A DNA stretch of 64,000 nt from a virus: positions 8,144 through 72,143 of IMG/VR virus record IMGVR_UViG_3300025141_000063; one strand, 5' to 3'. A model generated the notes under the pieces. The model was not told the DNA's origin. It was given only the letters and a program-made list of their open reading frames with translations, and ran no database searches. A program made the position numbers and the translations under genes. Each line of letters begins with the position of its first letter. Position 1 is the stretch's first letter. Below, piece after piece: positions 47,501 through 57,800 of the stretch.

Positions 47501-49212
47501 CCAACGATTGTGCAGGAGACCTCCGCCGCCCTCCCGGACGTGACGTGCTGCACCTGCACAGTCAGCACGTCCCCCGCGCGCACGCCGAGCTCCTCCAGAT
47601 CGAGTTCCCGCGTGTAGAGCGTGGCCGGGATCCGCCAGCGGAGGCCCGCAACCCCGGAGACCAAGGACGGCCGATCCACCACCGCCAAGCTCACGGGACC
47701 GGGCCCCAGGGGCGGGGCCAGCTGGGCGGTGTCGTTCCTCGCTCGCCGGATGGTGTAGGCCCTGTCGTTGAGGACCAGGAGCCTGCCCTCCACCGTGGCG
47801 ATGGCCGGGAGGCGGTACGACACCCCTTCCTGCGGGAAGGTGCCGGTGAACTTGCCTGCGATCAGATACCCGTCCCCCGCCGAGTTCACCCCGCTGATGA
47901 CGAACTGTCCGGAGGTCTGGGCCCCGAACACCCGCAGAGACCTGCCCACCGCAGAGGCGGAGGTGAACGTCTCCCCGACAGCGATCTCCCGTGTGCTCCG
48001 GATCGTGGCCAGCCCGGACCTCTCCACTCCGTCCAGGAGGGTGAAGTCGCCCTCGCCGGCGGGGACGGACACCACGTCGGTGTAGGGGTTGCTCGCCGAG
48101 GTCTCGATCAGGGCGCTGACGGTGTTGTACAGGACGTAGGTGTCCGTGCGCGTGGCCGCCAGTGGCCGGTCCAACGTCAACGACAGGGGAGTTGGCACCC
48201 CCACCGCGTCGATCAGGTAGCTCCCCGCGTTGGGGCCCGAGGGGATGCGGATCACATCCCCTGCGTCCAGGCCCACGATGAGGGTGAAGTTCGTGGCGGG
48301 CGTCGTGACCACGGCGCTGCCGATCACGCTGTTCAGGTCTGCCCCGGACCCCAGCTGCTCCCCCGCCACATCAGGGAAGGGAGTGGTGCGCTCCACCAGG
48401 TAGGTCAGGCTCCTGCGCCCGACTCCCGCGAGGGTGTAGCTGCCGATGTTGGCGCCTTCGCTCGTCAGCAGCCGCAACGTCTTCCCGCTCGAGCTCGGCT
48501 TCACGGCCCCCGCGACGACCACGAACTCCCTGGCGGACAGGAGGTACCCCGACGCAGGCTCCCCGACCGTCCCGGTGGTAGCCGACGCTCCGTCGTCCTC
48601 TCCGCCGAAGAGGAACTGCAGTTCTTGGGTGCTCAGGTCGATGCGCGGCGAGTACAGCTCCCACCGACGCTGCTGCGTCTCGAGGATGGTGTGGATCGAC
48701 TTGCTGTAGTCCGCCTGGTACGCGTCCAGCAGCACCGCAGCGGCCTGCTGCTGGAAGCCAGACCACACGATGGGGAGGAGCTCGCTGTTCTCCATGTGCT
48801 GCAGGTGATCGCTGAGCACCCGGAAGAAGAAGCGGCCGTCCGGCAGGATGTCTGAGCAGAGGGGGACCTGCACCACCTGCACGTTCACCACGGCCCGCGC
48901 CCGCGAGCTGAAGTACTGCCCGTCGCTGACCACCAGTCCCACGATGTAGACACCCGTGATGTCCGGGGCGAACCCCACCGCCGAGCTGTCTGGGGCCAGA
49001 TCCTCCAGGTCCGCCAAGGTCAGCGTGCTGCCGATGGGAATCTCGACGAAGTTCCAGATGTAGGTGAGGGGGTCCCCCTGCGGGTCAGAGCTGGTCCGGC
49101 CATCCAGTCGCGCAGTCGCCCCGATGATGGAGCGCTGCTGCGCCGGGTACACGCGTGCCGTTGGAGCTTCGTTCTCCGGCTGCATCCCGACGTTGAAGAA
49201 CTGCTCAGCCAC
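44515..49212 (-). CDS. Large baseplate/tail protein with N-terminal PKD/Ig-like domain
   Basis: LDGRTSSDPQGDPLTYIW..., YREAVLGLMYAWANGPTLNNL; repeated G.N.G.Y.I motifs. Confidence 0.7.
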   Translation of the reverse strand: MAEQFFNVGMQPENEAPTARVYPAQQRSIIGATARLDGRTSSDPQGDPLTYIWNFVEIPIGSTLTLADLEDLAPDSSAVGFAPDITGVYIVGLVVSDGQYFSSRARAVVNVQVVQVPLCSDILPDGRFFFRVLSDHLQHMENSELLPIVWSGFQQQAAAVLLDAYQADYSKSIHTILETQQRRWELYSPRIDLSTQELQFLFGGEDDGASATTGTVGEPASGYLLSAREFVVVAGAVKPSSSGKTLRLLTSEGANIGSYTLAGVGRRSLTYLVERTTPFPDVAGEQLGSGADLNSVIGSAVVTTPATNFTLIVGLDAGDVIRIPSGPNAGSYLIDAVGVPTPLSLTLDRPLAATRTDTYVLYNTVSALIETSASNPYTDVVSVPAGEGDFTLLDGVERSGLATIRSTREIAVGETFTSASAVGRSLRVFGAQTSGQFVISGVNSAGDGYLIAGKFTGTFPQEGVSYRLPAIATVEGRLLVLNDRAYTIRRARNDTAQLAPPLGPGPVSLAVVDRPSLVSGVAGLRWRIPATLYTRELDLEELGVRAGDVLTVQVQHVTSGRAAEVSCTIVGSDRERAAVVVGTQDLTNGGAGGLTDTEKVELALALGISGASYDELGNPVLAGLALDIDTALSSLGFQTRYDNLPHTGDTVFEAAGESFKVEAVSISRNTLIPVDEEVVSVPCMREYVGKVYLAQNDDSTFDVLTRDGVRTTIPRAPVDFVENRDYVIEGEIDLTGVDGSTTAGSEVFTSLTGSFISRNVEVGDTVEVEEEDFVVLQVLSETQLQAVRTSTGSVFLSTLTDLTYTVRRRSADKYIRFVPGIFSPTSPTPENLWAEVTFVDNSEAIENNFGTLVALTREQLSNQETSSTTYREAVLGLMYAWANGPTLNNLRLGAQILLGLPAADVRGVVRAVKDDYRVVNGVADLGRLLVEDLDADGTPTGLVRVYFYKPLVDDALDDYTGIEINPATGTAYDVDDIVERFAPLGKGVIVTDYVEDPDWWRGKFLQGDTGAELRKFHTWTLRANVDVTDPDDLLLVDDFASAMDPAWTDVEVVMVKPLADDITIEDDLYFAIRDHIVDDPFGRIEAVASMDALNGFGLNLQHLNVGPMNSRMFFMGKDLETPVGGAGPLTFTSARGGFIDPLVVVPYPGYSAITAEHGTPLVRPGDLLRIFSGPNEGWYLVAGVPTDTTVQVNPVPYDVPSPPLLGVQAGEDQEFFIFRPARNPIYDSSAVAAMEQTGVLRVVQDLTGVCFFTEGVTVDDRIRFYNGTWRGVYRIIEVIDPGVGVFPWAQLRLDPEPPASVALFQYDIVRPVLETNPLVSSTVTSVGTNVVTLPAAAALDLQMLQFGDELKIETGGGAGTYQVVDTLSATTLYVRPAVPAGGPADATITRASLSEFTGMLVDQVIDFFPDTTLSMALYRPRSVVAAGFTVTSAGSSFTPSAPTGAAPGDFLQVEGGVDSGVYLLDAVGATLDVTAHLLGAGPENARVLQDLADFSVIGPGDQVVSFAAVDFSLIGVQPGDILEVFSGGAVTPGEYVIAEVVGGTLTLTRNLPLGAATGRILRVKR

Positions 49213-51498
49213 TTAGATCCCTTCCACCTGAACAACGAGCTCGGAGAGCGACCCGAACATGAGGGGACGCTCCCCGAAGGGCACTACGGGGCGAACGGCT
49301 ACATCGTACCCGTCCCCTACGAAGTAGATGACTCTCCTCCAGTGACTGGTCGTGGCGGAGTCTCCCCCGAATGATCCGAAGCCCACCCCGGCCCCGAAGA
49401 CAGAGCCGGGCAGGTCCACATCCTCCCAGGGAATGGTGATCTTCTCCACCCCATCCACGAAGAGGCGGATGGCCTGTTCGGGCTTTCGCTCCAGCCGGTA
49501 CGTGTGGGTCGCGCCGAAGTCGACGGGCGTGGAGATGGCCTGCCCTGCCGCAGACTGCGCGATCACCGCGTCCCGCGAGTCGTCTGGGATCGACCCAGGG
49601 ATATAGGCGAACTTGCCGGCCGATGTCGAGACGAACCGCAACTGCACTGACTGGGAGCCGGTGTCCAGCAGCGGCCCGGCCAGCACAGACTGGTTCAGCG
49701 GATTCAGCGCCCCGGTGGAGTCCTGGTAGGCGCTGATGCGGAGGCGGGCCTCCACCGACATGCCCAGCAGGGTGCTGTAGCTCGGGACGGTCCTCCAGAA
49801 GTACCGGTGCTGCCCCACTCCGCCGAAGCCACTGTCAACCAGCTGGAGCTCGCCACCCCCCACAGCATCGCTGCCGGGTCCGGGGGCGACTCGAGTCCAC
49901 GGCAGCGCCGCGAGGTCGGGGACCACGGCCTCCACTGCGTCGTAGCCCCGCGCGTTGGTGCTGTACCTCAGCCCTCGGAACTCCACCTTGCCGAAGGCGG
50001 GGCGACCTGTGAAGGAGTCGACGTGCCCGATGCGGATCTGGGGAGAGGTAGCGTCGGCCGGGAGGGCAGAGACCTGGCCCGAGGCGTAGGGGGTGTCGTC
50101 GTCCCCGATGAACACGTCCACGCGGTCCAGGTCAGGGTTCGCCCAGAGCCGGATCGTCTGGGCCGACAAGTCCCACGTCACCTCTGCGCCCGCCGCGTAC
50201 GAAGCCTCCAAGTAGGGGAAGCCCGCCTGGAGAACCCCCACCGACTTGGTCGCGTAGTTGTCCAGGAAGGCCAGGAGCAGGGCGTTGGCCCCGTCCAGGA
50301 TCTCCACGCCGATGCCGGAGGACCCCGAGGCCAGGTGATTGACCTCCGTGCCCAGCAGCTCTGCCTCCAGCCACACTCCCTCGAGGAAGTCCATGCTGGG
50401 CTCGTCCCGGGCCAGGTAGCCGGGCAGGTCTCCGTTCGCCGTCCCGTCCAGCTTGTCGACGCGGATGCCGTCGCTGGTCAGCTCCACCCCGACGTTGCCC
50501 CCCTGCAGCTCTGACCGCCACGGGATGAGCGCGTCTTCGGGGAGCTCCGAGAAGTCGGCCTCCACGATGTCCGAGGGCCGCGTCTCCAGGTAGACCCCGG
50601 GGAGGACCGCCCCGACGTTCAGCAGCAGCCTGCCGTACCCGAAGGCACGGATGAAGTCCGACTGCACCTCGTCCGCCGGAGTAGGACTGTCCAGGTTCAC
50701 GAAGCTGAAGATCTCATCGGAGGCCGCGTCCGTGGGGCCCAGGGCAACATCTCCCAGCGCGACGCCGGCGATGAAGCTGGGCTCCGCACTCAGCACGGCG
50801 GAGTACACCGTCGTCGCGTCCGCATCGACGTCGTTGGCGTCGCGGATGTAGACGTCAACGGTGTCGAGCTGGGTGTTCCACACCGTCTTCACGGCGACGC
50901 CGAGAGTCCAGTCGTACACCACGAAGACACTGCCGGGGCGGGTGCCGGTGCCGTCATCCGCGGGGGAGATGCGGATGGTCTTCGCGAAGCCGTCGTCCAC
51001 CAGGAGGACGAACATCCCCTTCTTGGTGGGGCCGTGCACGAAACCGGCGCAGACACCCTGGTAGTTCGCGTCCGTGAAGTAGGTGGAGGCGCCCGAGGTC
51101 GTAGTGACTGGACGCAGGATCACCTCGCCCATCTGCACCACATCAGTCACGGGGGAGGAGACCACCTGGGCCCCCTGGATCGCCCCTGCGCCCGGGCGGA
51201 CCAGCTGCAGAAGAGGACCTGCTACCAGCGCCCTCGTCACCTCAGGGGCTGCAGGAGTTGCTCCCGCATCGGAGAAGGAGGCAACAAAGGAGTTGCCATA
51301 CTCCATGACGGCAGGATCATCTTCGGGCAACAGCAAGTTGGCAGTGAAGTTCGCTCTGGAGTAGGCGACCTCGGTCCTCAGGGTGGTCTTGTCGATCCTC
51401 GTGAGAGAGTCCCTGAGGCTGAAGCGGTAGTCCTCCTCCAGCAGCATCCCTGTTGCCTCTGGCACAGGGTGGCGGTTGCCGATCCAAGGGATGGCCAT
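49213..51498 (-). CDS. Virion structural protein with probable beta-sandwich (lectin-like) domains
   Basis: 761 aa; HTYRLE...RLFVDG motif; GGGGAGG RBS. Confidence 0.6.
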   Translation of the reverse strand: MAIPWIGNRHPVPEATGMLLEEDYRFSLRDSLTRIDKTTLRTEVAYSRANFTANLLLPEDDPAVMEYGNSFVASFSDAGATPAAPEVTRALVAGPLLQLVRPGAGAIQGAQVVSSPVTDVVQMGEVILRPVTTTSGASTYFTDANYQGVCAGFVHGPTKKGMFVLLVDDGFAKTIRISPADDGTGTRPGSVFVVYDWTLGVAVKTVWNTQLDTVDVYIRDANDVDADATTVYSAVLSAEPSFIAGVALGDVALGPTDAASDEIFSFVNLDSPTPADEVQSDFIRAFGYGRLLLNVGAVLPGVYLETRPSDIVEADFSELPEDALIPWRSELQGGNVGVELTSDGIRVDKLDGTANGDLPGYLARDEPSMDFLEGVWLEAELLGTEVNHLASGSSGIGVEILDGANALLLAFLDNYATKSVGVLQAGFPYLEASYAAGAEVTWDLSAQTIRLWANPDLDRVDVFIGDDDTPYASGQVSALPADATSPQIRIGHVDSFTGRPAFGKVEFRGLRYSTNARGYDAVEAVVPDLAALPWTRVAPGPGSDAVGGGELQLVDSGFGGVGQHRYFWRTVPSYSTLLGMSVEARLRISAYQDSTGALNPLNQSVLAGPLLDTGSQSVQLRFVSTSAGKFAYIPGSIPDDSRDAVIAQSAAGQAISTPVDFGATHTYRLERKPEQAIRLFVDGVEKITIPWEDVDLPGSVFGAGVGFGSFGGDSATTSHWRRVIYFVGDGYDVAVRPVVPFGERPLMFGSLSELVVQVEGI

Positions 51499-51512
51499 GC
51501 TAGCCTCCCCTC

Positions 51513-51818
51513 ATGATCTTCCGACCACTACCTACAGCCCAAGTGCTGGCCGCCATCGAGGGGCAGGAGTGCATCCTGCCGGACGTCGACACCGCCGCGC
51601 GGGCTCGCGTCGAGAAGAGCGCGTGCCCCGAGTGCGGGGACGCGGTACTGCCCGTCGTTGACCCGGCGAACCCGTTCGACAGCCAGACGGCTGGCTTCAG
51701 GTACGTCGCGCGGTGTTCTCGGTGTGGCTGCATCTTCGATCACGAGAGCGGGGTCATTCGGAAGGTCGGGTGCTCCAGCCCCATCCTTCCTCCTACCTCA
51801 ATGCGATTGGGAGAGTAA
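51513..51818 (+). CDS. Zinc-ribbon protein on the strand opposite the tail operon
   Basis: CPECG...CSRCG; fills the gap between two minus-strand genes. Confidence 0.6.
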   Translation: MIFRPLPTAQVLAAIEGQECILPDVDTAARARVEKSACPECGDAVLPVVDPANPFDSQTAGFRYVARCSRCGCIFDHESGVIRKVGCSSPILPPTSMRLGE

Positions 51819-54800
51819 AGCGTACGGCACGGACCATGTCTCCCGGGACGAGGTCCACGTCGTCGACTGAGCCCGTGTTCTCCCCTGGGATGAAGTAGCT
51901 GAGGCGGTTGCTGCCGTTGAAGTACTGCGGCTCGTCCCCTCCCAGCCTGTCACGGGAACGATTGCCGACGAGCCGCCGGTCGATGTCGTGGGTCACGGTG
52001 ACGAGGTAGATGTCGTGGACCCAGTCGGTGGCCTTGGCCTCTCGCAGAGCGGTCTCCACCACCCCCGCCACGGCCATCGAGTCCACGGCTTCCAGGTCCT
52101 GGATCTTCTCCTGGATTCTCGCCCCCACCAAGGTCTCCGACTCGCCGCCGTAGTACTGCACCTCCACGCTGACGTAGGAGGGCAGGAAGTGCCGAGCGAT
52201 GGGGTTCGCGTTCACCGTGCGGGACCCCGGGTCGATCAGCATGCGGTGCACGTCCGCCACCGCGGGGGCGTTGTCGTAGGAGATCTGCAGGGTCTGCCCG
52301 TTCAAGGGCACCTGGTCCCCCAGGGTGTCGTCTCTGCCCACGGGCAGGAACGACGGCGACAGGCGGAGGGCCACCTGCTCCTCGGGGGAGAAGGTGAAGT
52401 TGGTGTCGACCACCTCGTAGTGGTACCCGTCCGAGCGGTACGTCCCGAAGACGGCCTCGAACCTCTGCTCCGCCGGCACGTTGTGGACCTCGTCGGTCCC
52501 CAGGGCGCGGGCGTAGACGTCGAAGTAGTAGAGCGACCCCTCGCGGTTGGCCTCCATCTGCGTGCTGGAGATCCGCTGGATCCCCGGTCGGACGACACGG
52601 AAGGGCTGGTCCGTGCCGCGGAAGACCGCGGCCATGGGCTGGGATGCCGCCCACGCGTAGAACGATGCCGTGGCCGGGTCCAGGTCGTCGGAGACCCCCA
52701 CCACGTTGAAGGAGGCCGCCGTCTTCTCGTAGACCCGGATGCGCCGGCCCACCACCAGCTCCGTGCCGCCACTCAGGGCAGCCGGCGTCAGGGCGGGAGC
52801 GGCCGTCACCGCCCAGTCCACGGTGACCTCGGCCCCAGTCAGCGCCGCGTTGTCCAGGTCCACGTAGGTCCCGTCCGTGGCGAGGATCTTGTACGACCCT
52901 GTGTTCTCAGGGTAGTGCGAGCTGAAGAGGGACAGCCACTTCCCGACGTCGGCGGAGTTGAAGGTGCCTGCCCCGACCGTCACTCGGTCAGGGGTGACCG
53001 AGACGTCGTACGAGGCGGTCGCCCCGCTCTTGTCCGCGGGCAGGGAGGTGTCGGTCATGGGGCGATCCAACTGGACCTGCGTGCCGCTGACCACTCGAGT
53101 CACGGTGTAGCCTCCCTCGTCCGCGCCCTCATCAACGAAGAGCAGGTCGCCGACTCGCACGGGCCCCAGGCCCGCCAACGCTGCCGCTCCCTGGCCCCGG
53201 AAGTCCACCCCCTCGGTCAGCACGGTGACGATGTTGCTCCCGTTCCGCGTGGCGACCACCGCCGCCCGCACGGTGTCCCGTACTCCCACGACACTCGAGC
53301 GGAGCAGAAGGGTCTCCTCGTGGATCTCGACCTCGTCGTAGTACGACTGGATCCCCAGCGAGATCGGAGCGTCCCGAGTGGGGTCGGTGAGCTGCAGCGG
53401 GGTGAAGACCTTGCCGTCCACGCTGAGGGGAGCGCCCACACTGACGTCTCGCGGGTAGTCCACCGGCGACGTGGCCGCCACCGTCTCCTGGGGAGGCAGG
53501 ACCTGGTAGGGGGCGGCCTCGTCGTCGCCGCCGAAGAGCACCTCCATGGCACCCACCGTGGAGCTGAGCAGCGTCGGAACGCGGGCATCCAGGACCACCG
53601 GAATGGCCCCAGAGCCGAAGCTGCCGATGTCGGAAGCGAGCAGACAGCTGAGCGTCCCCGTCACCCTGCCGATGGCGTAGCCCGCGCGGTAGTCCGCCAC
53701 CGCAGAGGCGGGCCCTGCCGGGGGCGCGTACCCTGCATCGAGCGCGTTGACCCACGCTCCTGCCGCGAGCAATTCAATGGTCGCTGCGCCTGACGCCACG
53801 ATCCCGTCCGCGAGCCCTGCGGTGTACCCATCCACCGTGTCTGTGGTGGCGACGCCGGCGGTGGAGGAGCCCATGTCCAGGCCCCAGCCGATGAAGTACC
53901 CGATGCCGTAGGCGCCGTTGTAGGTCGACAGGTTGTACCCCACCGGTCGATAGCTGGGGCCTGCGACCGCCAGGACGTCATCCTCGTACGTGCCGGGGAA
54001 TCCTGCGGCCAGATCAGTCGAGCCGTACCCCAAGGCATCGGACCCGGTGATGGTGACGGGGTCGAGCAGGCCGTCGGCGTAGCCGGCCAGGAGACCTGCC
54101 ACGAAGTCGTCCTCGAGGGCGTGCCCGTCCCAGAAAGCGGTGCAGCCGGTGGAGTCGTACGGGAACTGCGCCGGGTCCACGTTCGTGGGGTCGTAGAAGG
54201 CGACGCACTGGCGGCCGGCGTCTACCTCCATCGTGGTCGGCTCATGGAAGTAGAGGCGGATCTGCCCGGTGCAGGTGCGGGAGCCCACGCAGTACGGCAC
54301 CTTCATCCCGTCCAGGAGCCCGGCCAGGATCTCACTGAAGGTGACGTCGAAGTTCTGCGGCAGGTCGAAGCCCAGCAGCCGCAGCGACTCGAACACCCAG
54401 GTGATGAGGTCCACCAGGAGGTCGAAGGGGTCCGCGGCGTCGCCGTAGTTGTCGCAGATCTCCGCCTCGAAGGGCGGGATGCCGGGGAGCGGCGGCACCA
54501 CCGGGAAGCCGGAGGCGAACATCTCGCAGTAGGGCTTCCACGGGTCGACCGGGAACTGTCCGCGGATGCCCACCGCGCACATCTTCAGGACCGGCCGGAA
54601 CACGTCGAGACCGACCTGATACTCCTGGAGTAGCTGGAGGGCGACAGCAGGGTCACCTCCCCCACTGGGCCCCAGCTCGGAGTAGAGATCGTCGAGCAGC
54701 TGGTTTGCCTCGGCGTTGCTCCCTGTGGCCATGAGGGCCGACGCGATTGACAGGCCCGACATGAACCAGAAGAAGTCTCCTCCTCCCGCCACCTCTCCTG

Positions 54801-57800
54801 CCGCGAATAGCAGGCCGATGCCTGACGCGAGAGGAGTCACGTCCAGGGACAGCTCGTAGGTGCTGTCCACCACGTAGCCCCCCGCGTTGGGGCCCTCCGT
54901 GAGGAGCAGGGTGTCCCCGTCGATGGACGTGCACAGCGGCGGCTCACTGTTCGGCAGGAGGTTGATGACCTCCCGGAGGATGGCAATCGACGCGTCGGAC
55001 CCTGGGTCTGAGTCCATGGCCTGCACCCAGTCCGACAGCTTCCGAAGGATGAGGTCGAGGTCCACGTCAGGGAAGGCCACGAAGAGGTTGCTACAGCAGC
55101 CCACCAACTCCCGAGGGATACAGATCTCGAACTGCATCGCCGCCGTACCGTCCGCATCTTCCTCGCCCTCGTCGAGGGAGCCGCGGTTCCACGCCACCTG
55201 GAGGCCTCCGTCCACCTCGAGCAGCGACGGGGTGCCCGCCACGAAGGAGGGGAAGAACGCAGAGATCGTCTTCGTCAGCCAGTCGGTGATGGCGTTGACG
55301 TACGTGCGGCCCGCCTCGGGGAGGTCGTAGTTCAGGAAGATGCCGGTGGAGTCCAGCGTCACGCAGAAGATGTAGCCGTCGCACTCCAAGCACTCGTCGG
55401 AGTACTTGTTGGGGGCCGACAGGAGCCGCAGCAGGAGCCGCTCATCGGAGGTCGCCTCGGACCCCGGACCAGTGTCCTCCTCCTCGAACATGGGGAAGAC
55501 CCCCGCGTAGGACAGACCCGCTCCCGACCACAGGGTCCAGTAGTAGCCCAGCAGGTAGCCCCACTCCCACGCCGGATCGAAGTCAGCAGGTAGGCACGAG
55601 CCTCGGACAGGGGTCAACGTCGCGGGAGTGGACGGCAGGGACGAGAAGACTTCGTAGGGGCCGCTGGTTGCGAGGGCCGTCACGATGTCGTTCCGGCCCT
55701 TGCCGTACCCAGTCAAGATCCCTTGCATCTCACACGTGGTGCCCGCCAAGTAGAACATCCTCACATGGATCGAGGACGTGTGGCCCACCGTGAACCCGCG
55801 GGCGTAGGACGCAACGTGTCGTACCCCTGGGCTGTACGCCGGGTGGGCTGACGGGGGACTGCCGAAGGCGAAAGCCACGGCGTCGGTGAGGCTCTGGTCG
55901 TTCGACCCTGCCCAGCCATCTCCCATGCCTGCAACGACGTCGTCGTAGACGCCCCCAGGGAGGGGGGCCCCTGCGCCGTCGGTGACCACGAGGGCGCCCA
56001 GCTCACTCTCGAAGAGTGCGGCGGAAACTTCGGGGTAGGGGTCGAGATCCGCTAGTGCGCCCTCCTCTCCCGACATCCCCTGCAGAAGCACAATCGCCTG
56101 TTCCAGTGTGGAGGGGCACGCCTCCCCAGCGTTCTCGAAGGCGAGACCCAGACCGGGGACAGTGAAGCCCAGGTCTCCGCAGGCCTTCGTGCCTGCGCCG
56201 GTGAACGCCTGGCGGGCACGAGCCTCCACCGGGAGGGCGTAGGGCACGGAGATGTCGGTGGGCTGGTCCGAGCTATCCAGCAGCACCACTCCGCTGGCGG
56301 GGATGCGGACCAGGGGGAGCTGCACCCCTGCTCCCGCCCGGAAGATCTGGTAGGTCAGCCCGCTCGAGCTGTTGGACATCACCCGGTCAACGATGGGGGT
56401 CGTGCCTCCGCCGGAGGAGTCGAAGCCCTGGATCAGGTAGTCGCCTTCGTCGTCGCCCTCCAGGATGCGGAGGGTGTCGCCGACGCCGACGCCGAAGCTC
56501 AGGCTGTTGACGCCGAGCACCACCACAGTCGACCCGATGATCGTCTCGAGGTCGTTCCCCGGGGCGTCTGCACCGAAGGGGATGCGGGGAGCTCGCGGCT
56601 GGACGAGGTCCAGCTTCAGCCCGTCCACGACCTGGAAGCGGATGCCCACGTCCAGCGCGGTCAGGGCGGCGTCCAGGACCAGCTGCGTCGGCCTGACCGC
56701 GAGGATGCGGTACACGCCGACGTCCGCTCCCTCATCGATGGAGAGGTACATGCCTGGCTGCACCCCCAACTCCACCCAGTCGAGGGTGATGTCGGAGGAG
56801 GAGACGACGTTGGGGGTGGTTGTGCCGAAGGTCTGGAGGGTAAGGCCCACCACCAACGGGTCCTCGTCCGCCACGGTCATGGTGACCGTAGCTTCGGACG
56901 GCGCAGCGGGGCGGAGCCACACGTCGTGGTGACCGCCGATGTGCACCTCCCCGTCGAAGATCTCCACCTCTCCTGTCGGCCCGACCGGAGCCTGGATGCC
57001 TCCAGGGATGTTGGAGATGCGGATCTTGCCGGGGCGCTTGATGGCGGCGGACACCCCGGGCAGGAAGCCGGGGATGACCCCTGAGACGGTGCTGGTCGGA
57101 GTAGGGTCGTGGTCCAGGCGGATGAGCAGGATGTTCGGGAGCTCGGGGAAGGAACCGCGGCTGTCGTAGATCACCGAGTCCACGAGGAAGTCCTCGTGCC
57201 GCTGCGATGCCGGGAGGCCGTAGAGGATCTTGCCGTAGTGCAGGGTGACTTCGTACCCCGCCTCCACGAACACCTCCTCGGCCTCTCCTCGGTCTTCATA
57301 CCCCGACCAGATGAGCAAGCTCGTGCCGAAGACGACGCCCATCCCGGACAGGTGAACCCTCCCCTCACCAGCTCCGGTGAGGATGTCCCGCTGCATCTCG
57401 GTGTCGTTGTACTTGGCCACCTCGACGCGGGTGATCGTGCCCAGCTCCCGGATGCTCGCAGCGATGCCGCGCGGGCTGGTCATCGACCGCTCGACCAGAG
57501 ACTGCCGGGCGCGCAGGAGGAACTCCTCGTTGTCTTCCCGGTTCCGTCCGACGGACGCCTTCGCGAGGTTGGAGACCCTCGTGTGGTTCGGCAAGCCGTC
57601 CACGTTGGCAATCGCGCCCACGGCTACCGCGTAGTCCTCTCCGGGGAACTCCGCACGCACAAGGAACTCGACGAAGTACTCCTCCCCGGACATCTGCGTG
57701 GCCATCTGCGCGCTGCTGATGGACTGCGAGTTCGGCGGGAAGAAGTTCAGGCCTCCGCTGGTGAAGAAGCGATGCGACGGGTTCACCGACACGGGGGTCG

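Noticed and set aside
45907-48855. 982-aa plus-strand ORF (also 41200..43173 and 51988..53793)
   Set aside because: Antisense shadows of tail genes.
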